From Prorocentrum cordatum (taxonomy: Eukaryota): 64,000 bases of DNA. Shown piece by piece: positions 51,190-63,608 of this stretch (positions are counted from its first letter, which is position 1; every line of letters starts with the position of its first letter). The position numbers and the translations under genes are program-made. The stretch spans positions 62,001-126,000 of the forward strand of contig CAUYUJ010000181.1 of assembly GCA_963575745.1 (NCBI GenBank), written 5' to 3'. Below the pieces are notes generated by a model. It ran no database searches. It was not told where the DNA came from and was given only the letters and a program-made list of their open reading frames with translations.

Positions 51190-51640
51190 CCCCCCCTCCC
51201 CACCTCGCCCCGACAACCCCACACCTAGGAGTCTCTGTTCTTGGGCACCCCCACACCAGCATTTCTCGCCCAAAAACGACCTACGCCCCCCTCCATGGCA
51301 CCCCACCTCGCCCCGACAACCCCATCCCTAGGAGTCTCTGTTCTTGGGCCCACCCCACCCCACCATTTCTCGCACAAAAACGACATACGCCCCCCTCCAT
51401 GCCCACCACCTCGCCCCGACACCCCCATCCACACACACACCACCACACACGCACCACACACACACCCCGACACAACACACACCACCGACACACACACACC
51501 CACACAACCACACACACACACAACACACACAACACACCACTACCTCGCCCCGACACCCCCAGCCCTAGGAGTCTCTGTTCTTGGGACCCCCCACCCCACC
51601 ATTTCTCGCCCAAAAACGACCTACGCCCCTCTCCATCCCA
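51190..51640. repeat. Three copies of a ~100-bp unit interrupted by a CA-rich tract
   Basis: cctcgccccgaca..cctaggagtctctgttcttggg..catttctcgc..aaaaacgac.tacgcccc x3. Confidence 0.8.
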
Positions 51641-52722
51641 CCCTCCCTATGACATTGCATGGGGGTGCTCGGTGGAGCACCAGCAGCTCAGGCAAACAGG
51701 AGGAGGAGAAAGAGAAGGAGGAAAAGGAAGAGGATGATGAGAAGGAGGAGGAGGAGGAGCAGGAGGAGAAAGATAAGCAGGATGAGCAGTCAAACCGTTA
51801 GGACGTAGAGGATGTTGTTCCATTCCTTCGCCCCTTCCCACCTCCTCGCTGATTTCTCATCCTCCTCCTCGGGAAGTTCCGCATCATGCCCCAAACTCAT
51901 ACTCGTCTTCGCCCTACCTCCTCCCACGGGCCTCCTCCTACTCACCCCTTTTTCTTCCCAACCTATTCTTACTCATCCCCGCCCTATGTTTCTTTCTTCT
52001 CTATATCCTCTCCCCATCCTTTTCCTCGTGCCCTTTTTCCCTCCTCCTCCTCCTCCTGCTCTTCCTGCTCCTCTTCCTCCTCCTCCTCGTCGTCCTCCTC
52101 CTCCTTTTCCTCCTCCTCCTCACCCTCCTCTCCAACAATATCAATAATATGTTACCCCCCTCTGACCCCGGCTTATTCGCAAGCCCGCTAGAGTGGCCGC
52201 CAGAAATCGCTCGAGTCCCAGTCCCCTTGCCCGGGGAGTCTTGGATGTGTCTACAGAGCCACCGAGCCCCCAAGACCACAGGAGACGCCACTGAGCCGAT
52301 GACTTCAGTGATATTGGAGATCGGCGGAGCGGCGCAAACCTCATGAGATCTCGCGAGAAAACAGAAGGGCGAGGCAGGCGGCGGCCCAGGCCCTTAGCAA
52401 GTCAATCCTGCTCCTCCTCCTCCTCCTCCTCCTGCTCCTCCTCCTCCTCCTTCTCCTCCTGACCCTCTTCCTCCTGCTCCTCCTCCTCCTCCGCCTTCGC
52501 CTCCTCCTCATCCTCATAACCATCATCATCCCCATCCTCTTCCGCCTCTCATAAGCATTTTAGTGTTGTTCCTTTGTCCCTCCTCTACTTGTACATGTAC
52601 TTCTCACAAACCTCAGCTCCCTCCTCGCTGCGCTCCTTACTCCTTATCTAAGCTGCAACCTACCGCACCTCCTGCCACCGCCTCCTCTTCCTCGACGCGT
52701 CGGGCTCAGAGCTCAGACTGGC

Positions 52723-54402
52723 TCACGCCGACCGATCCTGGTCGCTCTGGCCCCGGCCTGGCGCCTCCGATTGCACCTCCATGCACGAAAGCACCCAGCA
52801 CCACATCGCGACGAGGATGTGCATGTGCATGCCGTTGCCCATGAGCTTATACAGCGCATGGCTACTGAGCCCCAGCTCACGAGGGCTCCAAGGCAGCGGG
52901 CACGGGTGCGAGTCGTCGACTTCGTTGGTAGGAAAGCCTTGCATGGCTAGAATCTCTGATCCCACGAGGGTCCGTTCAGCAGCATCACTCCAAATCGTTC
53001 CATGACGGAGTTGGCTCATCATCGATCCAGTGGTCGAGACGCGGCACCGCTTGTCAGGGTGGTGCTCGAGATCGCAGAGCAAGTCTCCAGGTTCTTCACC
53101 ACGATCACGTTTCTTGGCACAAGATTTCTGATGCACTTCCCGTGCAATCCGTAAATGTAGTGATTGGGATGCGGTCAAGCAATGTGCGAAATTCAACCCT
53201 TCGCCTGGCAAGATGGTCACGCATTTCTTCCTCGCGAGCTGTTCGAGCTCGTCTTGAATATCTGATTCTTTCGCTAAGAAAAAATCATGGCCTGTCATCT
53301 GAGTCGTGCGCAAGAATGGAGCGATGAAGTCCGCCCAAGGCTGATGGATGCTCACGTCCTTCCTCACGCAGATGCCGTAGAACCTCTGACGCGTAATGGG
53401 CCAGCCGAGCATAGACGGGCAGGGCAGCGGTTCGCACTTGTGGAGAGTGTGACTGTCATCCAACAAGCATGTGAAAATGCATGGGTCCCATTGCGGTGCG
53501 CACTCCCAAAGGCCGATACGCGGTCTGTCCACGGAGTAGCCCTTTGCGCACGACAGCGCTGGGAGTGTGGACGCGCCTCCAAGACCATGACGACTTCCGA
53601 TTGTGGTAAAATCTAAGCATGACCACCCTGCTCCCTCGCACACTAGCCCGAAGTGTTCCGTGGCCCCCGTGAACGGGCAGCTCTGCCCTGGATGTAGGAG
53701 GCAAGGCCCACTCACGGAGTGCGCCCCGGGCTGCTCCAAGATCTTGACTGTATCACCGATGGCTGTCATTGTAGCTGTCATCTCAGCATCAACATCGCCC
53801 ACGTGCGTCTCGCTCTCGTCCAATCTGGGCGCTGGCTTTACCGAAACGATCTCTACGTCAGAGCTTGATGGCTGCTTGCCAAGACTCCGGCCTGGGCCTG
53901 GGCGTCGCGGGGAACACCCTGGGGAAAGATCGGTTCGTGTTTTTTTTTTTTTCTGAACATCATATGGCCATTTCACTCCCAGCAGCTGTTGTAGAAATTG
54001 CGGCTCGTGTCTGGACAGAATATCCCGAAACAAGTGCTTAGGTTTTACGTCCGCCCTGAAGTTCTTGAGCACTCTCTGGCTTAGCGGTAGATTATCGCAT
54101 GCTGAATGGAAATTGAACCAATCACCAGGAATATCGACTCCAGCAGCTCGCGCGGCACGACCAATCCACCACAGCGCAATCGCTTCGCAGCCCATTCCAG
54201 AGTACTTGGTAGTGAGCATGACTCTAGCTTTCAAGTTCTGAACGAAACGGGCGCTACCAGGCCCTGACAAGATAGACGACACCATCACCTCCACGTAGTT
54301 GAACATCTCTGTCATGCTATCAGGCCCAGGCGGCGGCGGCGGCGGCTCGCCATCCCTCTGCGGTTCAGACTGAGGAGCCACGGGATGAAGGCCAGCGAAC
54401 AT
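52723..54402 (-). CDS. C5 cytosine DNA methyltransferase, copy 2 (complete 559 aa ORF)
   Basis: Same motifs I-X as copy 1; SL relic at 54476-54491. Confidence 0.9.
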   Translation of the reverse strand: MFAGLHPVAPQSEPQRDGEPPPPPPGPDSMTEMFNYVEVMVSSILSGPGSARFVQNLKARVMLTTKYSGMGCEAIALWWIGRAARAAGVDIPGDWFNFHSACDNLPLSQRVLKNFRADVKPKHLFRDILSRHEPQFLQQLLGVKWPYDVQKKKKTRTDLSPGCSPRRPGPGRSLGKQPSSSDVEIVSVKPAPRLDESETHVGDVDAEMTATMTAIGDTVKILEQPGAHSVSGPCLLHPGQSCPFTGATEHFGLVCEGAGWSCLDFTTIGSRHGLGGASTLPALSCAKGYSVDRPRIGLWECAPQWDPCIFTCLLDDSHTLHKCEPLPCPSMLGWPITRQRFYGICVRKDVSIHQPWADFIAPFLRTTQMTGHDFFLAKESDIQDELEQLARKKCVTILPGEGLNFAHCLTASQSLHLRIAREVHQKSCAKKRDRGEEPGDLLCDLEHHPDKRCRVSTTGSMMSQLRHGTIWSDAAERTLVGSEILAMQGFPTNEVDDSHPCPLPWSPRELGLSSHALYKLMGNGMHMHILVAMWCWVLSCMEVQSEAPGRGQSDQDRSA

Positions 54403-55509
54403 GAATGGCGTCGCGGGCCAGCGCTGCTAACCGCGAGAAGGACCGAGAGCAGCCAATCTGGCCAAACATTCAGCCGAGCCAAATCGGCTACTGAAGACTC
54501 AGACTTGAATGAGAGGTGTCACAGCGGTTCGGACGGTTCAGAGCAGAGGAACTCCAAGATCGCCCCCCAACATGATGGACCCACGAACCCAGAAAGGGGT
54601 ATAGAACCGCATGCATGGAAACGTTTTCACGACACCGTCTTGGGCGACGGGCACTTCCACGAGACACCCCGCGAAACACTCCACGAGACACGGGCGACCG
54701 TTTTCAACGTTTGCCTGGAAACATCCCACCAGACACCCCGCGAAACAGTCCACGAGACACCCCACGAAACATTCCACGACGACAGGCAACCACTCAACCA
54801 AGGCGGTGTGGTCGTGCTGGGGAGGGGTCGTGCTGGGGTGTGGTCGTGCTGGGGGGTGGTCGTGCGGGGGGGTGGTCGTGCTGGGGGGGTAGTCGTGCTG
54901 GGGGGTGGTCGTGCTGGGGCGTGGTCGTGCTGGGGCGTGGTCGTGCTGGGGCGTGGTCGTGCTGGGGTGTGGTCGTGCTGTGGTGAGGTCGTGCTGGGGT
55001 GTGGTCGTGCTGGGTGATGGCCTTGCTGGGGTGGGGTCGTGCTGGGGTGGGGCAATGCTGGGGTCATGGGCTCCCAGTGTTCCGATGGGTGAATGCGGTC
55101 CTTATGGCTGGACCAGCCTGCAGCGAAGAACTGGGCCCCAGTTCTTCGAGCTGCGTCCAGCGGGGCCAGCCGCGGCGAAAAGGAAGGAAGGAGGGCCCAG
55201 GGGCCCAGTCCCCAGTCTTCCGAGTTGCGTCCCAGCCGGGCCAGCTGCAGCGACGAGAGAGGAGGAGGAGGAGGAGGAGGAGGAAGAGTCCTGAGTCCTG
55301 CGGCCTGCGGCGCTCTGCGGGCCCGCAATCCGCCGGTCCGGCGCGTGGGCCGCGTGGGCCGTGGGCCGATTCTATTGCACGGCTGTGCGATGGCAAATTC
55401 GGCTAATGAAAATAGTAACGACATCAGACGATCAGTACATTGGGCACTGGGCCTTGTCATCCGCGTCGCTCTGAACCATTCCGCTGCAAAGAACCACACA
55501 CTTGAAAGC

Positions 55510-56238
55510 CTACCGTGGCAGCCAATGCGGACAACTCGTGATGAAGCCATACCGCGACCGACCGGCCCACATGTCGTACAACATCCACCTGTCCAGCTGC
55601 TGGTTCCTCTGATTGCGTGATGGGACGTCCAGTCCCCATAGGCAGAGCTCCTCGACAGTGCGGTATACCAATAGCGCCGCAGGCTCGATCCGCGAGAGGA
55701 TCACTTCACTGTTGCTTGTGGCCAATCGCCATGCACGTGTGTCAGTGTAGCACCTGCCGCCAGCCTCCATCGCCATTATCTCCGTGTTCAGGTTGTGAAT
55801 GCAGCATTGGTAGGAGTTGCTGACATCATACTGCACTGTGACGTGCGCGCGATCCAGCGAGGCAATACCAATATGATCCCAATTGTGACCACGGGATCGA
55901 ACTGTGCGGCCGTTCTGGACGATGCAAGTGGTCCAGAACATGGCTGGGCCCAGCTCGACGGACGCACTGAAGTACCGAGAGCGCACTCGCACGTTGCCGA
56001 AACTCACATGCTCGAAGGCTGTCAGATCGTGGGCCTGGTCGTCCTGCAGCCTATGGTAGGCGCTGCCACGTCGGAGCTGGTCGGCCTCCGCCCTCGGCAT
56101 AGCTCGATAGAGTAGGCGTCGTCCAAAGAGATGCGGGCAGCCCCTCAACCACGTGGTGTGACCAGCAGCGCCACAATAGAAACAAGAACATAAGCCCTGC
56201 TGCAGATACATGGCGGTGGCCTCGTCCAACTGTTGCAT
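55510..56238 (-). CDS. Zinc-knuckle plus ART-like protein, copy 2
   Basis: Translation matches copy 1. Confidence 0.55.
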   Translation of the reverse strand: MQQLDEATAMYLQQGLCSCFYCGAAGHTTWLRGCPHLFGRRLLYRAMPRAEADQLRRGSAYHRLQDDQAHDLTAFEHVSFGNVRVRSRYFSASVELGPAMFWTTCIVQNGRTVRSRGHNWDHIGIASLDRAHVTVQYDVSNSYQCCIHNLNTEIMAMEAGGRCYTDTRAWRLATSNSEVILSRIEPAALLVYRTVEELCLWGLDVPSRNQRNQQLDRWMLYDMWAGRSRYGFITSCPHWLPR

Positions 56239-57167
56239 TGGCTGCAACTTGGGCGACGCAACGTGGCGCGCGGGCGCCTCCGTAGGCTGGGAGCCCCCTG
56301 AAGGCTTGCAGCAAGGCGCTGAGTCAAACGACTGCGGGAGGTGGAGGAGGATGAGGAGGAAAAGGAGGAGGAGGAGGCAGTGAAGGAGAGGAGGAGGGAT
56401 GCCATCCTGTGGCGTTGGGTCCTCGTTTTGAAGAGACAGCGCCCCGCGTTGCCTTCTCCTCCCGCTGCCCTCCCCCCGCCCCTTATCAAGGAGGGCTGAG
56501 GGAGGCCGGAGGTGTGTGTGTGTGCGTGTGCGCGTGTGTGTCTATGCGTGTGTGTTTGTGTGTGTGTGTGTGGGGGATCGCATGCGAACTTTGCAATTGG
56601 GGCCTTCGCTGGAGTTCCCTATGGGGCCACGAACCGTGTAAGGGGTGCGCCGACATTGGAACCGCGTGCGAACTTTGCCACTGGGGCCTTCGGTGGGAGG
56701 CCCGCGATGATGATGACGGCGATGATGATGACGATAATGATTTTGATGATTATGATTGTGATGAGTTTCTTCGTTTCTGGCGGAATGCTGCTTGAGCGCA
56801 GATCATGGCTACGGACTGAGGGAGGAGAGGAGGCAAGAAGGGCCGAGGGGAGCTCCCCATGGGTCCTCCACGAACCGTAGGGTGCGCCGAAATATGGGGG
56901 GGGGAGGGGCCTTCGGTGGAGCGGAGCTCTATATGGGAGGATGGCATCATCATCAGCATCATCATATGGGAGGAGGAGGAGGCATCATCATCAGCATCAT
57001 CATCATCACCATCATCATCAGCATCACCACCATCACCATCATCATCATCACCATCACCAGCATCATCATCATCATCATCATCATTGTCATCATCATCATC
57101 ATCAACATCATCATCATCATCATCATTATCATCATCATCATCAGCATCATCATCATAATCATCATTG

Positions 57168-57204
<37 letters not shown>

Positions 57205-57377
57205 TATCATCCACCTCCTCCTCCGCCTCCTCCTCCTCCTGCCTCCTCCCTCCTCCCTCCTCCCCCTGCCTCCTCCTCCCTCCCTCCTCCTTCCACTCCT
57301 CCCCTACTCCTCCTCCGCGTCGACCAGCCGTGGGAGGGGGAAGCTCGCCAAAAACATGTTCTACCGCGACAGGGTTG

Positions 57378-57442
<65 letters not shown>

Positions 57443-59029
57443 TCATCACCATTTTCATCATCCAGAGCGCCCCGCATCGGCGGCACTGGCCGGAGGCCAC
57501 TACAATGTCATAGACAAGGACGATCATACACAAGAGCTTAATATAGGGGAAGTATCATATACAAGGACCATCGCACACGAGGAAGATCATATACAACGAA
57601 GGCCAAATTCCAACAAGATCATATACAACTCAGAGGCCGCCCACCCGCCGTCTCGCATATAGGCGACTGCACCGCCCCTACTCCTGGGGGTCCCTGGGCG
57701 GCCATAGCGTATCTCTGGGATTGTCCAGGGTCTCAATGACGGCCCAGGAAGCCCACCCAGGCCACCAAGATAGCCCAGAATCGCTCCAAGGCGGCCCAAG
57801 ATGGCCTCCAGACGGCCCAAAAAGCTTCCAACACGCCCCAAGAGCCCTGCCACGAGACATCATATACAAGGAATGTAATAGGTAAGGGCGATCATATACA
57901 AGAACTTAATATATAGAGGAAGTATCATATACAAGGACCACCAGTATCATATACAAGCACCAAGTATCATATACAAGATTATCTAAGAACACCCCGGAAC
58001 TATGTCTCATAGCAGCTCTTTCGACATCCCATTTGTCCGAGCATGTCTCAGGCGAGACGGCCGTTTTTGAAGTCCGAAAATTAGGCCAGCGATGTCAATA
58101 TCCCGATTGTTTGAGGATGTCTCAGGCGAAACGCTCATTTCTAACATAAGACGTCTTAAGACACGACCCCCAACTTCACGATTTGGCGAGGACGTCTCGG
58201 GCGGGAATCCGCCAGGCTCTGAATCACGAGGCGGCGCCGCACGTTCCCCCTCCAGACCTCCTCCAGACTCCAGACTGCCAGACCTGCTACCCCTTACGAT
58301 AGATGGGCGAAGGTAAAGAGACAAATCTCCACCCTTACATCTCAGACACGCATGGTGGCCCAAGGCCCAATGGGCTTCGCTTGGGCAGGCTGATGAGCAT
58401 CACATCCTTTTTCCCAGAATGCAACGCAACGCATAGGGCACCTGCAACTCGCAGCACCATTCTTTCACATCCGTTCGATGGAGCTGGCTAGCACGCAGTC
58501 TGGACTCTAGGCAGGCGATCCCTTGGCAATCATCTCAGATGATTTGGATTGAAGTCCACAGTCCACATGTCACACCCTGCCCCCACACTGAAGTCCTGAT
58601 CACGTGCAGGCCCACGCCTGCTACCCTGGGCTACCCCTATCGCGGAGGCAGCTGCCAGCGCTCGCGGCAGCATGATGAAAAGAACGAGGAAGCGATCCAA
58701 GAGCAAACATGGAGGGAGAAGAGAGGAGGATGAGGGTTTCCGAACGAAGCCTTTTAGGCCTCTGAGTTTCTCGATGATCAATGAGTTTCGGTTGCGTCGT
58801 TCGAGTGGGTACCGAAACGGATGTGCACATGTCTTTCAGATTGCTGAGTTAGGGCCCCGCTTCGTTGCGATAGAAAACATTGATATATTTCGGGGCGAAT
58901 GCGAATTCAGGAGGAGGAAGTGGCGGAGGAGAAGTAAGAGGGAGGACGGAGGACCTCGAGCCTCGAGGTCCTCGATCCTCGAGGCTCGAGGATCGAGGAG
59001 GCAGGCGACGGAGGCAGTGGCAGGCTACC

Positions 59030-62000
59030 TCAACGCACACCCTTCACACGGCTGCGGCGGCCGCCACGGCCGCAACCCTTCGAGAGAGCAGCTTGGTCCT
59101 CAGCCTGCTCCGCAGCCCCGGCGCCGCCTCCTGTCTGCGCCGCAGTCTCCGCCGCCTTGATCTTCGCAGCGTCGGCAGTCAGCATGTGCAGTACAGACTT
59201 GCTGGGCGCCGCCCGCTCGGCCCGCTCAGATGGCTTCTTGTCCTGGTTCATGATCTCCTCGGGAATTGCAGTCTTCTCATCAGGAACAGGCTCTGCAGGG
59301 GCCTCCTCAGGAACAGGCTTCGCAGGAGCCTCCTCAGGAACAGGCTCTGCAGGAGCTCCCTCAGGAACAGGCTTTGCAGGAGCCTCCTCAGGAACGGGAG
59401 CCGCAGGCCCTGCAGGAGCCGGAGCAGGCAGCAGCTCGCCCGCCTCTGCGCCGTCAACCTTTTCGGCGTCCGCTCCTGTCTGGATCGCATCCGCGTTCTT
59501 GTTCTCCTCAGTGGCTACCTTCTCCTCAAACTCAGCGTCAGGATCAGGAACTGCAGGAGCCTCAGGCGGCGGCTCGACCGCCTCCAGGTCCGCGCCCGCT
59601 GCCGTCTGGATCTCATCCTTTCCAGGCGCCTCCTCAAGTGCAGTGCGCGGCTGCACCCTGCCTGCCTCGGCTTCGTCTTGCATCTTCTCACCTTCTTTAT
59701 CGGCGGCCTTGTGCGGCTGCTCCGCCTCGGCGCCTCCTTCCACGACGCCAGGGGCACCCTGGCCAGGCACCTCTTCACCCGTGGCAATGGCGGGCTCTGC
59801 CACAGTCGAGGCGTCGGCGTCGGGCTCCTCCTTCATTTTGTCAGTCAGCAGCGGTCGCCAGGCAGGCGCGCAGTGCTCCAGGACCGCCTCACAGAACTTC
59901 GCTGCTTCAAGCTGCTGCTCCTGAAGATACGCCAACTTGAGAGCATGTAGGTCCTCGAACGGCGACTCAAATAGACGCTGCATCTCTGGCAAGAAGGACA
60001 TGCGGATGCCGAAGTTGTTAGCGTCGCATGGGATCTCCGCGTAGATGCATCCAGCTGGCAGGTAAAGCATCGTGTCTGGCCCAACGAAGCCATGAACGAA
60101 AGGGACACTTGCTTTCGCCATCTGGTCGGCTGACTCTGCACTGATCTTTTGAAAGGCATCCTTGCATGCGGTGTATGTAGAGTTGGTCCCTAGGTACTCG
60201 GCAACCTTGGAGAACTGGGCAACGACGACGAAGCGCCGGCCTCCTACCTGTAGTTTCACGGTCGGAAGGTGGCGCGGCTCGCAGCCAAAATTCTTCACAC
60301 CTACAGAAAAGCCGAAGAGCTGAGCTTGCGTGAACTTCTCGACATCGACACCGCAAAGTAGCATTCCTTTTGGCACCTCCTTCTTGATAGCAGCGATGAA
60401 CGACAACTGAGTGACATTCTTATTGATTGCCTCGGAAGATGGAAGCGTGTATGCAAGCCTACCGTTTGCAGTCTTCTTCGCAGCTTTCGTGAATCCTGCG
60501 CGAAAGGCGTTGAACAGGACCTTAGGCTGGTTCGTCTCGGCGCCGCCCTCGAACACCTTACTCTCTAAAGTCCCCTCGCTGAAGCACAATACGAACGGTA
60601 AGTTCCAGTTGATGCATGCTGGCAAGTTCTTGTCGTCGGCATCGTATCGCGTCATGGGAGGGTGGCCCATGGACTCAAAGTCGATCTTCATGATGGTCTT
60701 CTCTGCGGCCTCTTTCTCCTCGAGGCTCCTCTGGGCCACGACCTCAGCCTGCTTCGCCATGGCCTGGGGATCTGCTCTCGGCTTCGCGCCTTGCTTCACA
60801 AGGGCTTTGGCAGCGACTTGCCTATTCTTCTCCTCTTCCTTCTCTCTCTTGGCTTTCAGACCTTCGGCGTGTTTGACCTCTGCTTCATGCTCAGACTTCA
60901 AGCGATCAGCGGACTTCCTCAAGGTCTTGCACAGCTCCTTCATCAAAGCAATCTGGTTATTGAACTCTACTTTCTTGGTCTCAAACTCTTCCATGCTTGT
61001 TACTCCATCAGCAAAAGAAGCTGCCCTCGCCTCGAGCACCGACTTGGCTTGCAGGTTCGCCATGTCCTTGGAAACAAGAGACTGCACCAATGCATCCATC
61101 GCCTGCCGTGCTTGTTCATTGTATGCTTCGCCTTCCAGACCGTTCTCTTTCTTGAAATCAACGTTGTCCTCGTAAGCCCAGAACTCCACGGCCTTCAAAC
61201 GAAGTGAGCAAGCAGTGCGCAAGCGCTTCAGCACATCCCCTTCTGGTACGGTGTTCATGATTTGCCTACTGACATCAATGGCTTCCTCCAGGCGCTGCCC
61301 TTCCCTGCGGATATCCCTCTCGGCAGCGGTGTACGCCTTTTCGATCTTATCTTGCAGCGAAGCTGCATCAGCAGCTGAATCGTTGCCTGTGCCAGGGGAA
61401 CCAGACGGCAATGATGCCTCCAGCAGATTTCGTTGGCGTAGCCGTCGACGCCTGCGACGAAGGCACGTTGGCATTCTTTCCTGTCCGAGCTTTCTTGGGA
61501 GGGCCTGGCGCGCCGTCGTCGTCGGGCTCCACCTCTGCCATCTTGCTGAAGGGGTTCTGGACTGCTGCGAAAACCTTCCCGGGCGTCTTGGCGTAGAAGT
61601 CATCGTTCATCTTCATGTGGCCCGTCTTTAACTTCTTCTCGTCGTTCGTTATGTGCTGCGCGGTGGGGTTCCTCTTGTTGTTATAACCGAGGCGGGAGGT
61701 GTGCGTTTCGCCCTGCACGTTATTGAAGGAAAGTTTGTCAGCGACAGGGACATATATTCTCAGCTTGCCACCAGCGCACTCTGGCCGACTGCAGGACAGC
61801 GTGTCTCTGCATTCCCCAGGGCCTTCGAAGTCGCGGGTCGGGTACTTCACGGTATCAAGAACTGCTGCGAGCCAATCCTCCTCTGCCTTCTCCTTAGATT
61901 TGAGCCTCTCTGTCATCATGAATTTGACGAACCCAACGTGGTCCAACTTATCAACGACCTTCGTGTCGGTCGTGTTCGTCTCGGCCTTGGCGTCGATCCA

Positions 62001-63608
62001 GTAGGCAGCGAAGTCGAAGTCGCCTGCGGTCTTACCTCCAGCGGGGTCAGGCAAGCCGACGGTGAGCAGATACACGTCGATGGCCTCATCCATCTCCTCC
62101 GATTCCTTCTTCATGGCAGTGAACTGCTTGTCTCCCTGCCTCTTGGCCGAGCTGCTCATGTTCTCGTGCGCCCTACGATGTAAACCACAGAATGGCGACT
62201 TGCCCTTCTTCGCATCCGCGCAGGTAAACTTGACGCACACAGTCTTATCCTTGGCGGCCTCCACCCGTTCAGCCTTGCGCTGTTCTCGAAGCGCCTGGCG
62301 TTCAGCAGCACATGCAGAGGGAAGCTTGTCAGGCGGGATCTTATGCACGTTCCTCAAGCGCTGGAGCATCGCCTGCATATTCTCGAACTCGGCGTTAGCC
62401 TCGCAGAGAGCACGTAGAGGCCTCCTAGATGGGGTCCGAGTACATGGGGTCGAAGGATCGCGCCGCATCGCCAATGCATCGCCGATGCATCGGCGATGCA
62501 TCGGCGACACAGGCGTGGAGAAAATCGGGCTCCACATCGAGCCGCATCGTCGATGCATCGGCGATGCGGCGCAATCCTCGGACCCCATCTACTCGGACCC
62601 CATGTAGGAGGCCTAGAGCACAACGAATGGAGGAGGGGGGAGGCCCCCGGGGAAGGAGGAGGATGAGGAGGAGGAGGCGGAGGAGGAGGAGGAGGAGGAG
62701 GAAGAGAAGGAAGTGGAGGAGGGAGGGGCAGGAGCAGGAGCAGAAGGGGAAGAGAGAGCACATCTTTTGTTACTTATGAATCCCACCAGACCTCTGGGCG
62801 TGAATCTGAATGGATTATCTCCCCCCTCGGGAAGGGGGTTATTGCTTCCCCCAGGGGGATCCGGGGCCCGGGGCCCGGGGGGTAATGTGCACCTTTGTTT
62901 CGGCTCGTGGGCGTGGGAGGGGAGGGGACTCAACTCTTGTAACCCTCACCGTCGTCGTCGTTGTCGGTCGTTGGTCGTTGGTCGTCGTGGTGCGTCGTCG
63001 TCGTCGTTGTCGGTCGTCCAGCAACGACCAACGACCGACGACGACGACGACGACGACGAACACAGCGCCAGAGCTCCAGGCAGTTTTCACTCGGCACCCC
63101 GGTCCAGCAACGACCAACGACCAACGACGACGACGACGACGCGAAAACGGCGCTGGAGCTCCAGGCAACGGGCAACGGTCCAGCAACGACCAACGACTGA
63201 CGACGACGACGACGACGCGAAAACGGCGCCGAAGCTCCAGGCAATTTTCACTCGGCACCCCAGTCCAGCTGCTGGACTGGACCAGGGTGCCGAATGAAAA
63301 TTGCCTGGAGCTCCAGCGCCGTTTTCGTGTACAAGTTCGAGGGAACACTTTTGAGAATTTCTGCACTGCTGCAGTTTTTCTGAAAACGTGTTCCCTCCCT
63401 GTTTTCACCTCTATGGTTGGTGTGCATCCTGCGCCTGCGCCGGCGCTGGCGTCGGCGGCTTTGTTGGAGTCGATGGCGGTGGCGTCGCTGGAGTTGGCGT
63501 GCCAGTCGAAGCCAGCGACTTCGGCTTCGGCTGCTCGTCAGCGGCGGCCTCCTCGACCATGGCCTCCGCCAGGAAGTCAGCAGCGAAAGCGTCGTCGTCG
63601 ACCTCCAT
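59030..63608 (-). pseudogene. Copy 2 of the coiled-coil/JmjC-like gene, frameshifted
   Basis: An extra C at 61417/61418 (atgatgcctccagc vs atgatgctccagc) splits the ORF into 406 aa and 857 aa pieces. Several missense differences from copy 1. Confidence 0.7.

Larger units (their letters stand above)
24707..52802 (-). mobile_element. ~28.1 kb tandem repeat unit, copy 1; candidate giant cargo-carrying DNA transposon
   Basis: 24707 onward matches 52803 onward at an offset of 28085-28125 bp through the window end. Contains co-oriented transposase-like, DNMT, ART-like, JmjC-like and RS-rich genes. True termini not identified. Confidence 0.7.

Noticed and set aside
24707..52802. Interpretation as a DNMT-carrying retrotransposon or endogenous virus
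   Set aside because: No reverse transcriptase, retroviral integrase, tyrosine recombinase, polB, capsid or packaging ATPase motifs recognised in the unit.
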